Source of the DNA: Limisphaerales bacterium
GTDB lineage: Bacteria; Verrucomicrobiota; Verrucomicrobiia; Limisphaerales; SIBE01
Length of the DNA: 62,523 bases
Assembly: GCA_044225505.1 (NCBI GenBank)
Contig: JBGAIN010000007.1
Span: 62,001 to 124,523 of the forward strand
Direction of reading: 5' to 3'
Each line of letters opens with the position of its first letter. Position 1 is the first letter of the stretch. The notes beneath the pieces are model-generated. The model saw nothing but the letters and a program-made list of their open reading frames with translations. It made no database searches and was not told where the DNA came from. The position numbers were made by a program, and so were the translations under genes. This document shows, in pieces, positions 11,201 to 20,800 of this stretch.

Positions 11201-12616
11201 CTTCGCCTGGAGTGTAAACTCAACCGCACCGTGTAAGTTTCCGGTATCCGTGAGCGCAACGGCCGGACAGCCATGGCGCTGGGCCAATCTCACGATGGCG
11301 TCCATGGTCAGTGCTGAGTTGAGGAACGAATATACACTCCGGACACCCAAAGCAACGTAACCCGCCGCCTTGGCGCGAGGTCCCCGGACACCCACTCTCC
11401 GGTCGAGGATGCGTCTGCGCTCTCGCGAGAGCGTTTTAGCTGTATCCGTCGGGGTCTCGCGCAGCAGGAAATCATGGCCGCGAAGCAACACTCCGTGACC
11501 ACGATCATGCCGAAGTTGGTCTACCACGTCAGCCAGCCGCCTTCGCGCCTCATGTTGCTCAGCGGAGCGCTCCAGGGCAAGTTCGGCCCGGAAAACGCCA
11601 TCGTACACATTCGACAGCTTCAGGGCGACCAAGCGCAAGCTCACCCGCCGCTTCCAGGCTTGGCGGAAGAGCTTGTGAATGCCCCCATACAAGTCGCTCT
11701 CCAGATCGGTAGGTTCAGCGAGGCTTTCGCTCCGCTGATCCTCCTCCATGTCGTTGTAGCGGACCTTGACCGTGAAAGTGCGGATGCTCTTGCCATCGGC
11801 TCGCACCTTTGACATCAGGTCGTCCGCCATTCGCCGCAAGATCGCCTCCGCATAATCTTCGTCCGTCAGGTCGGCGTCGAACGTCTGCTGATGGCCATAG
11901 GACTTGGCCGGGGCGCTGAACGGGATCACCGCCCGTTCGTCGATTCCATCAGCGTGCGGTTTGAGGGAGAGCGCCAGTTTGCCCACCAGCATGTGCAGCA
12001 TATCCGTAGGCGTCGCCGACACGTGCCGGATCAAGGCCAGACCAGCGGCATTCAGCCGTTGCGCGGTCGCTGGACCAACGCCGGGAAGCCAAATGTTCGG
12101 CAGCGGATGTAGAAATGGAATCTCTTGACCAGCAGGCACTTGATTGAACGCAGCGGGCTTGGTCAGTTTTGAGGCGATCTGGCTCACGAGCTTGTTGCTG
12201 GCAATCCCCTCGCTGACGGAAATCTTGAGCGACTGCCGGATCGCAGTGCGAATCGTGTCCGCCACGTTCAGTGGCGGTCTACGCACCGCGCTCAGGTCAA
12301 AGTAGCCTTCATCGATCGATGCAATCTCCACGTCGGGTGTGAAGTCCTGCGCATAGCTGAACATCCAACGAGAGAAGTGCTCGTATTTATCGAAGTCACC
12401 GGGCACGACGATAAGCTTGGGACACAGCCTGCGGGCTCGCACCGTCGGCATCGGGGTGTAAACGCCGAACTTGCGAGCCTCGTAGGACGCGGACGCGATG
12501 ATGCCGCGCTTCTCGCCGCCGACCGCTACGGGCTTGCCGCGCAGGCGAGAGTCGGCTGCCTGTTCCACCGACGCAAAGAACGCGTCGGCATCCAGATGAA
12601 CGATGACGCGGGGCAC
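8300..12616 (-). CDS. dinB-dnaE2: Fused Y-family DNA polymerase (DinB/Pol IV-like) and error-prone C-family polymerase (DnaE2-like)
   Basis: Residues 1 to about 385: HLDADAFFASVE, SASYEARKFGV, SIDEGYFD, PGVG and a little-finger domain. After a linker: degenerate PHP (YVALGVRSVYSFLNS, ALTDTGNLHG), RGSAADSLVCYCLGI, PDIDIDF, HPCGVV, KIDIL, GYAFCKAHS and an OB fold. No stop or gap between the halves. Confidence 0.92.
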   Translation of the reverse strand: MPRVIVHLDADAFFASVEQAADSRLRGKPVAVGGEKRGIIASASYEARKFGVYTPMPTVRARRLCPKLIVVPGDFDKYEHFSRWMFSYAQDFTPDVEIASIDEGYFDLSAVRRPPLNVADTIRTAIRQSLKISVSEGIASNKLVSQIASKLTKPAAFNQVPAGQEIPFLHPLPNIWLPGVGPATAQRLNAAGLALIRHVSATPTDMLHMLVGKLALSLKPHADGIDERAVIPFSAPAKSYGHQQTFDADLTDEDYAEAILRRMADDLMSKVRADGKSIRTFTVKVRYNDMEEDQRSESLAEPTDLESDLYGGIHKLFRQAWKRRVSLRLVALKLSNVYDGVFRAELALERSAEQHEARRRLADVVDQLRHDRGHGVLLRGHDFLLRETPTDTAKTLSRERRRILDRRVGVRGPRAKAAGYVALGVRSVYSFLNSALTMDAIVRLAQRHGCPAVALTDTGNLHGAVEFTLQAKAAGIKPILGATVPVEDSTVCLYVENATGYRNLCRLLSTTVRHADNESDAAAQRQVRIGLDQLAEANESLIAVAPDARLGPVFGDRFYHGVTSAKDVKAALGSPCVAVLPVHYAQPQDRWKWNIAQSIRTRTLLQEAHPGKLLNGDFHFRSPAEISHLFQEYPQVLAHAFELADRCSFELRMGSPQFPAFKPDDGSAPHVFLRKLVLEGLQRRYGDRAPNLTSQLFEELSIIAEVGYEEYFLVVWDILQECRRRGIQWITRGSAADSLVCYCLGISDVCPIRFDLYFRRFLNKERMAMKKLPDIDIDFAHDRKDDVVKLMFQKYGSANTAVVGGFSTFQARSAFAEVAKVLGVAEREVRKFTDHFPWSFGGGWVPGQPAPSRRPGLMELLKANPANRDLPLDEEPYRTAILMAEFLDGLPRYPKMHPCGVVLSRQPMSELTPTFTSNKGYPTTHFDMDAVEVIGLVKIDILAQGGLAAMRDTKHSLARRGIEVDLVGLEPWTDGGVWAMIADGGSRAVHHIESPAMIGLCRQCNVQDIDGLIAIVSVIRPGAANEGKKQAFARRYQGLEPVTYPHPSLAGCLKSTFGLVVYEEHILQVCEAFAGLPPGRADVLRRALSRNCELIIEQIHQEFYACAQSRGHDEQKIAEVWGLVSGFAGYAFCKAHSTAYGVEAYQSAWLKHYYPVEFMAGVLSNGKGFYSPLVYILECHRLGIPILPPSVNSPGPQFLVEGQSIRVPLVRVKGLTERLIARILKERERGPFTSLSDFYRRLIPTQDEMEAMIRVGAFDSFGKTRTAQFWESRHLHQAFSHSAEPGQGWLLPPPATDRLPSIPLQEPTRRQRLEWETELLDFAASGHPLELHDDVDWNTYCPVNRLGEHLGEELVTCGLIIEQRIHHQVTGEPMKFLTLADWTGMVETELFAPTYRSYGLATVRYPVLEVTATVEPFENGRGFSLRVLRAGKPRTKSA

Positions 12617-12623
12617 TTCGGAA

Positions 12624-13244
12624 TCATTTGCGTTTTCGAATGAGCGCGACCATGACGCCTTGGATGACCAGTTCCTGCGCGGGGATCAGGTCGGGATAAC
12701 GAGGGTTCTCCGCCCGAAGAAACGGTTTGCCACGGTTGAGGAGGAATGTCTTGAGCGTGCTCTCGTTATCGATGAGAGCGGCCACCACATCGCCGCTACG
12801 AGGAGTCATGCCGTGTTCCAAAACCACGAGATCGCCGCTCATAATGCACTTGCCAATCATCGAATCCCCCCGAACCTCGAGCGCAAACGTACGCGGCGTC
12901 GGTTTGAGGCCGAGCGATTCGATATCGATAGACACGCAGCCTTTGGCTTCCTGCTTCTGGTCGTCGGCGAAGCCGGCCGGGATCGAGCCGTAGATCGGGA
13001 TGTCTGCCACTCGCTTGCGCAGCGACTGCAGCGGGGAAATAACTCGCAACGATCTGGCGCGCCCCGGCTCGGTGGCCAGGAACCCTTTCTGCCGAACCAA
13101 GCGCAAATGGTCGGCGACCGTGGTTAGGCTTTGAAACCCAAATCGGTCGGCGATTTCCTGGAACGACGGCGTGACACCGTTTTCACGCGTTTGCGAATCG
13201 ATGAAATCGACAATCTGGCGCTGTCGCTTGGTCAGTTCTGGCAT
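12624..13244 (-). CDS. lexA: LexA repressor
   Basis: Winged HTH (LTKRQRQI...PSFQEIA), Ala-Gly cleavage site GSIPAGF, catalytic Ser in VRGDSM and Lys in STLKTF. ATG at 13244; ends 7 bp before the polymerase GTG. Confidence 0.95.
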   Translation of the reverse strand: MPELTKRQRQIVDFIDSQTRENGVTPSFQEIADRFGFQSLTTVADHLRLVRQKGFLATEPGRARSLRVISPLQSLRKRVADIPIYGSIPAGFADDQKQEAKGCVSIDIESLGLKPTPRTFALEVRGDSMIGKCIMSGDLVVLEHGMTPRSGDVVAALIDNESTLKTFLLNRGKPFLRAENPRYPDLIPAQELVIQGVMVALIRKRK

Positions 13245-13287
13245 ATACCGTATATCCGTACGGTATTCCTCTACCAACCGCTGTCAA
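13245..13287 (-). promoter_or_regulatory. Sigma70-type promoter of lexA overlapped by a palindromic operator (putative SOS box)
   Basis: Minus strand reads TTGACA-N16-TACCGT. Perfect inverted repeat ATACCGTA-tatccg-TACGGTAT at 13245-13266 covers the -10 element and abuts the ATG. Confidence 0.8.
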
Positions 13288-13558
13288 TCTCGCAGTTTGC
13301 AGCTCGCGGCCCAGCGTCCCTTGTGGAGCGGCCTTGGGAATCCGCCAACCCGGATACCACGGCCCAGGCAACGGGCTTCAGCAGCCTTAGCGATCCAGCC
13401 GATACGGATGCGGAAGCGCCATCAAGTTCCAACAAATACCTGGTCCAAAGCGGTTAGCCAGCCTCACGACAAGCAAGTCGGGCCGGGTTTCGACTAAAGC
13501 CGTCGCAAATCTGAATCGGCGGGAAGCCTTGAATTCGACCCGTCTTACGGATTATCGA

Positions 13559-14014
13559 TTACGAGTTGACCGGGCTGAGCGGAGGGACACTGGCAAGCGC
13601 AATATAGCATCCAATGGTAGCGATTGCGGCAGCGAAGCTATCATAGTTGATCGGCTTAACGATGTAGTTGGAACAACCAATGGTGTGGCACCGATCGACC
13701 TCTGACGGGTCGTCCGCCGTTGTGAGCATGACAACGGGCATTCTTCGCAATGACTCGTCAGCTTTGACCTGGCGCAAGACCTCGACGCCGCTCACCTTCG
13801 GCATGTTGATGTCCAAAAGCAGAAAGTAGGGTGTGTCCGATGCACGATGGTCTCCTGACCCACGCCCAAAAAGGAAGTCGAGGACACTTTGTCCGTTATC
13901 GAATTTTATAATCGGTGAGCGTAAGCCCGATCGGGCCAAGTTCTTTTCGATCAATCTCAAATGTCCAGCGTCATCCTCGGCGATTAAGGTTACGACCTTT
14001 TTTGAGAAAGGCAT
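13559..14014 (-). CDS. Stand-alone response regulator receiver (CheY/Rcp1-like)
   Basis: LIAEDD, LLLDINMPK (phospho-Asp), VVMLTT and YIVKP; no output domain. Confidence 0.9.
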   Translation of the reverse strand: MPFSKKVVTLIAEDDAGHLRLIEKNLARSGLRSPIIKFDNGQSVLDFLFGRGSGDHRASDTPYFLLLDINMPKVSGVEVLRQVKADESLRRMPVVMLTTADDPSEVDRCHTIGCSNYIVKPINYDSFAAAIATIGCYIALASVPPLSPVNS

Positions 14015-14121
14015 AAATGTTCAGGACTGGAAGTTTCCTGTTTACTCCACTTTCTAACGCAACAGCAAGGAAAAGGTTGCCAAGAGACATTGAAAACCCA
14101 GCCCGCCCCTCATGGACAATT

Positions 14122-14882
14122 TCACCGAGGGTCCGTGATCGCCTTACGCGCTCCGATTATTCGATAAAGCCGATTCTTAGTGATGCCTGAACGGAGAATA
14201 ACGATCCACGCCAGAACAGGTACGGTGAACCAAGCTACCGGCAACTCTGGAATGACCGTGATGAGAGCAGTGCCGAACGTCGTCTTGGAATCAAGGTCTT
14301 CCCCTACTCCACTGACAAAGACCGTCTCGTTCGGCCCAACGGTCCCAAAGACGTCCAAACGAATCGGATACGAGGTGCCAGGGATTCCCGAGACGTCCCT
14401 ACTCCACTGACAAAGACCGTCTCGTTCGGCCCAACGGTCCCAAAGACGTCCAAACGAATCGGATACGAGGTGCCAGGGATTCCCGAGACGTCCGTGATCG
14501 AAATCGTCGCCAGGGTCGCTCCCAAGTACGGCTGCGCCGGGGACAGGAAAAAATCGACCGTTCCTTTCACCCCAGCCGCGCCGTTCTCGATAGCCCGTAG
14601 CGCGCCGGGTCCTGCCACGCCATTGAAATCCATCGGAGGAGGCACCACTATCGCCGCCGCATTGGCCACGCGGGCCATGATTTCGTCGTAGGCAACCTTG
14701 ATCCCAAAACTAAACAGACCTTGCGGAGGTGTGGGATCAATGACGACTCCAACAGAGACGGTCCCGCCCGGTGTCACAGAATAGGTAGCCTGGTCAAATC
14801 GGACGCGGAATGTGCCTTGCGCCAAACTGACCCAAGGGAAGCTGGCAGCCAGCAGCGCGGCAAGAATGAAAATTCGCTTCAC
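14122..14882 (-). CDS. Signal-peptide, cohesin-like beta-sandwich protein with PEP-CTERM-like tail; frameshifted here by a 95-bp tandem duplication
   Basis: Removing one repeat copy joins ORFs 14304-14882 and 14122-14358 into 221 aa. The joined protein has a Sec signal, GGTVSVGVVID...GLFSFGIKVAYD...TLATISIT (cohesin-like) and VIPELPVAWFTVPVLAWIVILRSGITKNR (IPE + TM + basic). Its GTG overlaps the giant gene's TGA (GTGA). Confidence 0.7.
14302..14491. repeat. Perfect 95-bp tandem duplication
   Basis: 14302-14396 is identical to 14397-14491, with CC microhomology at the junction. The length is not a multiple of 3. Confidence 0.95.
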
Positions 14883-17800
14883 GGCGTCACTCCCGGTTCG
14901 GATTCGAATTCAAAAGTCGACGCATCACGGATGGCATAGGCCGGCGTTGCGCTCAAGCCAAGAGACCTTGGGCTCGATGCCCTCCTGCCGTCTCGCCCCA
15001 AAGTGGGGAAGTCGCTGCTCAGCGGGGCCAGCCTGGAGGACGATGTTAGACGCGATTCCAAGCGCTGCCAGACCAAGACAGGCTCGGTCACGCCAAGAGG
15101 AATCACACCACTGAGTTCGACGGAACGAATCGACCCGGGCCGGCTTTGACTTGACCGCGCCGGATCCGCGGCCGCCACAGGACTCGCAATAGCCAGCGGG
15201 GCGCTCCGGATGCCCAATGCCAGATTGCGATCCACTCGACTGCCGACGACTACCGATGGCGCCGCAACAGCCCGAGGGTCGCCGTGCGAGAGAACGCTCA
15301 CCCCTCGCTCAACTCGGCTACTCTCCAAGACGTTGGGCTGGCCAATCGCGCTAGGTCCGATGCCCGTCGGGAGAGGTGGCGCAGGCGCGAGCACGGTCAG
15401 ATAATGCTGTTGATAGCTCTGGATATCGACATTGTTAATCTGACCGTCGCCATTGACGTCGAGAGCGGGATTGTATCCAGGCTCCTCAATCTTAGTCCCT
15501 GAGGAGGCTTGGAACCGATACAGATCCAGGAAATCGACATCGCGGTCGCCATCGAGGTCTCCAAAGTAGCGGAAGAACTCCACCTGGGATGAACTCGCCT
15601 CGATGACCAGCTTGTTCCCGGCCGCATCCGTCAGTGACTCCGTCACCACCCGAGCCACGTAATTCCCATCGGCTAACGATCCGCCTTCCAAGCTCGGGAA
15701 TGTCCAAATCGCGGTATTGGTTGAGCGATCGAACTGGAACGTTAATGCCGAACCAAGCACTTGCTCGGTAGTGCCCAAATTGAAGATGTTCAAACTGGCC
15801 GCCGTTAGACTGCCGGAGACGTCTTCACTGAACCGCACCGCAATGGAACTAACCTTGGAGCGTTGCGCCTGGCCGTCATTGAGAACGATGCCTAAAATCG
15901 TGGGAGCCGTCTGATCGACAGTGATCGTTCGCCCACGGACCGTCGTCCCTTCCGTATCCGTAGCCTGGACGCGGAGCGTGTGTGACCCGAGCCCGAGGTT
16001 CACGCCCGTGAAGACGAACCGGCCATTTTCATCCGCGGTCGCGGTCCCATCGTTGAAACCGTCGCCATTCAGATCGAGTAGGACTGTCTGGCGCGGACTC
16101 GCCGTGCCTGCGAGCACGATCGGGTTGAAATTGGTCACGTCGTCACCCACGGTGCCCGAGTCGGTGCTCGGATCCAGGTGCACTTCCAACGGAGGCCCCG
16201 TGACGAATTCCACATTGCTCACCGTGACCGAGCTGTCGAGCGCGCCGAAGCCAACAAGGTCGAACAACAGCGTGGCAACCGTCCCTGGCGCCACCCCCTT
16301 CAAATCGATCGTCACTTGCGTGCTCGCGCCAGTGAGGTTTCCGCCGGAGGCTGCCACCCCTTGCACGTTGACCATCGAAGAGAATCGGATCGCGCCGCTC
16401 GCCTGCAGGTTCAGGATCGCGTCCGTATTCCTCAGACCGGGTAACGCTGGCACCAGCGGCTTTGCCGTTACGGTGTTTAGAAGTGCGACTTCAAATGCGT
16501 CCGGCGCGTTCAAAGCTCCCGCTTTCAGCGTGGGACCATTCAACGTGAAGCGCAGCGTAAGAGCGCCGTCGGGAACCGCAAATGTCTGAGAAAATTCCGT
16601 AAAGAGAAGCGGGCCTTCGTTCAGGATCGCACGGTTATTGGAAATTGATCCATTGCCAAACACACGCCATCCAAAGTCTGTTGACTGCGAATCTGTGACC
16701 GTGAAGCCGCCGTTGCGCAACTGAGGAGCAGCGGTGTTTGAATCTTGCGCCATCGCCTCGGCCAACAACTTGAAGCCCACGATCCCGGGGGCCATTGCAA
16801 AGGCAGGACGCCCAGGCTGCGCAAGCGCGATAAGGGCGGCATTTTCCCAGGCGGCATTTAGGATCAGGGCATCCAAGACGGAGGGCAGTCGCCTGACCCC
16901 GAGAGCTAAGCTGGGAGTCATTAGGTCTCCAGCAAACTGCATTGCCGAGACATGATCTTGATCTGGAGTCAGCAGGACAGAGGAGCTTCCTGTGACGAAC
17001 CAAGCCGACCCGTCTGCCCGTGTCTCAACCAGTCCGGAAAATCCGCTGAACTGGCTGGTGAATCCGAGCAAGTGTCCCATCTCATGGACAATGAGCGTCA
17101 ATAGGTCGTAGCGCCCGCTCTTCTCCAGAACATCGAGGGAGCCGGTGTGGTCACTGTTCCAGGAAGTCGGGTCCGCGAACCAGCCGTGTCCGTCTCCGTC
17201 CTCGTCGTAGACAAGAAGGCCACGCGCAGGCAATCCATCGCTACCCAATTCAGTAATGACAGCATGGCCCAGCTCACCGGCAGGGAGATCTACTGGCACC
17301 AGTTCGAGAGTTAGTGCCACAGGACGACCCAAGACCCGCGTCCAGAGCTCGCGCGCGAAAACCGTAATGTCCATCGAAGCCGGTGGGGCTTGTTCCGCCG
17401 GCCCGGGCTGAGGCAGGCCGCTCGCCTCGGATACCGAAGTTTCGGGTTCAGACTGCAGTTTCGGCGGCAGCGGCAGGAACTTGGCCGGCGGCACATAAGG
17501 CGACGGCGGCGGGACAAGTGATTTATACGCGCCTGGCTCGATCGGCAAATAGTTGCCCGGAGCTAAGAAAGGGGTCGGCGTCACCGCTGGCGGGTTGTAG
17601 TTTCTGAACTCCCCAGGAACAAGTGGAAGGTAGTTTTGAGGCGGCATCGGGGGAGGTTCGGGCGGGACGACGTTGTTCTTCCACTCGCCCGGAATGATCT
17701 CAAGGAAAGCGGGTTTGGCTGGCGTTAAGGGAGCGGCGGGCGGCAGAAGATCCGCTGGGCCGTTAATGATCCGCGCGGGATTAACACCCCAATCGTCCAG

Positions 17801-20800
17801 CATACTCCTGAGCGCGCTCTTGCCGCCATCCGCCGCGGGAACTGGAGTCGTAGAAGCTGTCGCCTGGGTCGGAGCAGAGTTCCCTTTGATCATGGCGTCG
17901 ATTTCCGCGCGCGTCGGCTGCTCCATCAACGATCGAACCACATCCGGTTCGAGCGGAGGCGCTGGATAGGGTGACTCCGGGAAAGGTCCACGCGTGGGAA
18001 TGTAATCGGTCTTTGGCCCAAGAATCCGCTCTGTCCCTCGTTGTGTAAACAGGCGCACCTTGAGCTTGCCGGCGTCCAGTCCTTTATCGACCAGGTTAGT
18101 GACGACGGCATCAATGGCGCCGCCCTCAGCGCCCGTCCGCTTCAACAGCGAAAGTCCGAAGTGCCCAGATGAGTCTGTAATCCGTCGCAGTTGGCCACTG
18201 GCATCGGTGACAATCGTCCCGGCGGCGGCCACAGGTTTATCCGGCCCGAAGAAGCTTGAATGTTTGACGTTGATCCCCAAAGGGTCGCCGCGCCCTTGAT
18301 ATCCAAACATCCGCCCATGCTCATCAACGACGAAGATGAATTCCTCTTTCGGCCCTAATTTGGTGACCACCGGTGAACCGTCTCGCGCCCAAGCGAGTTT
18401 GCCGTCTTTAACAATGATTTCAAAATGAGACAGGATGCCGCGCGCGGCAAAGTTGGCGGCTGGTTTCTTGAACTTGGGCACGGGTTTGCCATCGGCAATT
18501 GCTTTCGACACTATCTCGACAACTTCTGCCCGACTGTAGTATTCGAACCAACCAATAAGCCCAGGGGTACGATCCACTGGATAGTATTGATAATCTGAAT
18601 AACCAAACACTTTGCCTCCCGGCCAACCATTAGGTCTTTCACCGAGACCACCTCCAAAACTGATCTTTCGTCCATAACCCATCGGCGCGTAATTCGGATC
18701 GCTCAGTTGTTCACTCTCGGAATACCTTAACAGGTTCTTGAACGGGGGCTCGCCCGGCGCTCCTCGGTTGGCACCTTCAATCGCCGCCGCGGCCTCAGGC
18801 TGGGCTGCCGCGGGTGAAGCAGCCGCTGCCTCCTCGGAAGCTGCTGCTGCGGGAGAGGCTTCTGGCAATCCCGGAGGCTCGTATTCTGGAATGGCCAGCG
18901 CATCCGCCTCAGCCACCATCCGCGCCCTCAGTTGAGCGGCCTCTTCCAGTCCGCCCTCGGCTTTGGCCACAATCGAAGCGGCGACTCCCTTGCCATTCCC
19001 GCTGGCTCGATCGACGATGGCCGCGGCCACGCCAAGGTCGTAGGATCGCATGACTTCCCAGATCTTAAGCGGACCAATGGTACCCGCTCCTTTCGCTGCT
19101 ACTCGAAGGCCTTCCCCGAGATCCACGACCTTCTGCGCCACGCCGTAGGCCGACATCAAAGAATCGGTCGCCGCAGTCGCGGCATTTTCGAGCACACGGT
19201 CTATCATCGCCTCAGCCCCTCGGCCGACGAATCGGCCGACCCCAACTAACCCGCCACTCCCAAACACACCGCCGCCCACCTCAAGACCCGCCCGTAAGCC
19301 TTGAACTACCGCAGATTCGCCGACCAGCGTTCTGACGGCACCTACTCCACCAGTGCGAAATTCAGCTGCCGCGCGTGCCCCAAACCCAAGCGAACCCGTG
19401 ACTTTTCCGATGGTCGCCTGGGGAGCGACGATCATGGCGATGTTGAAGAGGGCTTCTCCGAAAGCGATTGAATCTCCCGCGGCGGCGGCGTCCCACGCCT
19501 GGACGAAAGGCGCCACAAACATTCCGTATCCTAAGGTCGCGGCGGCTTTTTTAGTAAAGTCCCATCCGCCAGTGCTCTTGGCCGCAAGCTCTTGAGCCAT
19601 CTTTCCAAAGCTGCTGATCGCCTTGTAGTCTCGCGGACCGAACCACATATTCAGTGCGTCCCAACTCCCCAGTGTCAAAATCTCGCCAATTCCCAGTAAG
19701 AACTTGCCAGCCCCGACCACCAGACCGGCTCCAATTCCGAGGGTTGAAATTGCCGCGTTGCCAGCCATCTTCAGGGCGCTTAAGCCCGCGCTTAAAGCGA
19801 AACTCCCTGCCGAGAGCAAAGTGTTCGCCGCCGTTCCCGCAAAACCCACCGTGCTTCGCAACGCTGGCATGATCAGGTTCTCCACCGTTGGACCGAGAGA
19901 GTATTGACCGCCAACAAATCCGCTCGCGTCTTGAGAGACGTCGTATTTCACAAAGCCCAACGACAAGAAGCTTGTCCAAAAGGCGGTATTACCTTCGGCC
20001 TGTGCATCCAAGAATCCAGGACCCTCGCTGCTCAGCCCGGTCGGGTCGGTCAAATTAGCGACGTTATTCCCAGCATAACGATAGGCGTTGTAGTCGCCGG
20101 AACTCATCCCGGCAGGATCGGCGCTAATGAACCTACCTAGGCGTGGGTCATAATAGCGGGCGCGGTTGTAATACAGACCCGTATCCGCGTCCAGCTCTCG
20201 CCCCGCGTAGAGGTATCGAGTGGGAAGCGTGTTCGCCAGGCGGCCCAATAGATTCCCGAACGAATCGATCAGGAAATGATCCAATCCTTTCCCGTCGTTC
20301 TTGGCCGTATCACGAATCGTGCCCTGCGCGTCCGCGAGCAGCCACAAAACCTGCCCATTGCCGTCGTCCTGGGCCAGCACTTCGTCCGTGCCGGGCCCGT
20401 GCAGATAGGCGCGTGCGGGAGCTGACGGCAACAGACCTTCGCTTCCATCGCCGTCGCGCATCTCCAGAGTGATGTTTTGCCCGTCGTAAACGTAATAGGT
20501 AATCGGCGCCCGTCCGGCTGACGTTCCGGTCTCAATCGTCGTGCTGGATACACGTCGATTCAGGCTGTCGTATTCATAACGGATGGTCCGTTGGATCTGA
20601 CCCTGGTTATTTCGCACTCGCACCTCGGTAAGCCGATTGCGATAATCCCAATCAAACTCTTCCGAAACACCATCAATTCGGAAGGTCAATTTCGTCAAAT
20701 TCCCTTCATTATCGTAATCATAATTCGCTAAGTCATCGCTGATCACTCGATTATCGTCTCCTCGGGTGACACTACCTTGGCGGGAGGAGACCAACGGATT

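Noticed and set aside
8300..12616. Intein as the reason for the long polymerase ORF
   Set aside because: The extra length is a complete N-terminal Y-family polymerase. No intein splice-junction or LAGLIDADG motifs were seen.
14122..14882. Downstream gene as the RHS immunity protein
   Set aside because: It has a Sec signal, a beta-rich cohesin-like pattern and a sorting tail, unlike a cytoplasmic immunity protein.
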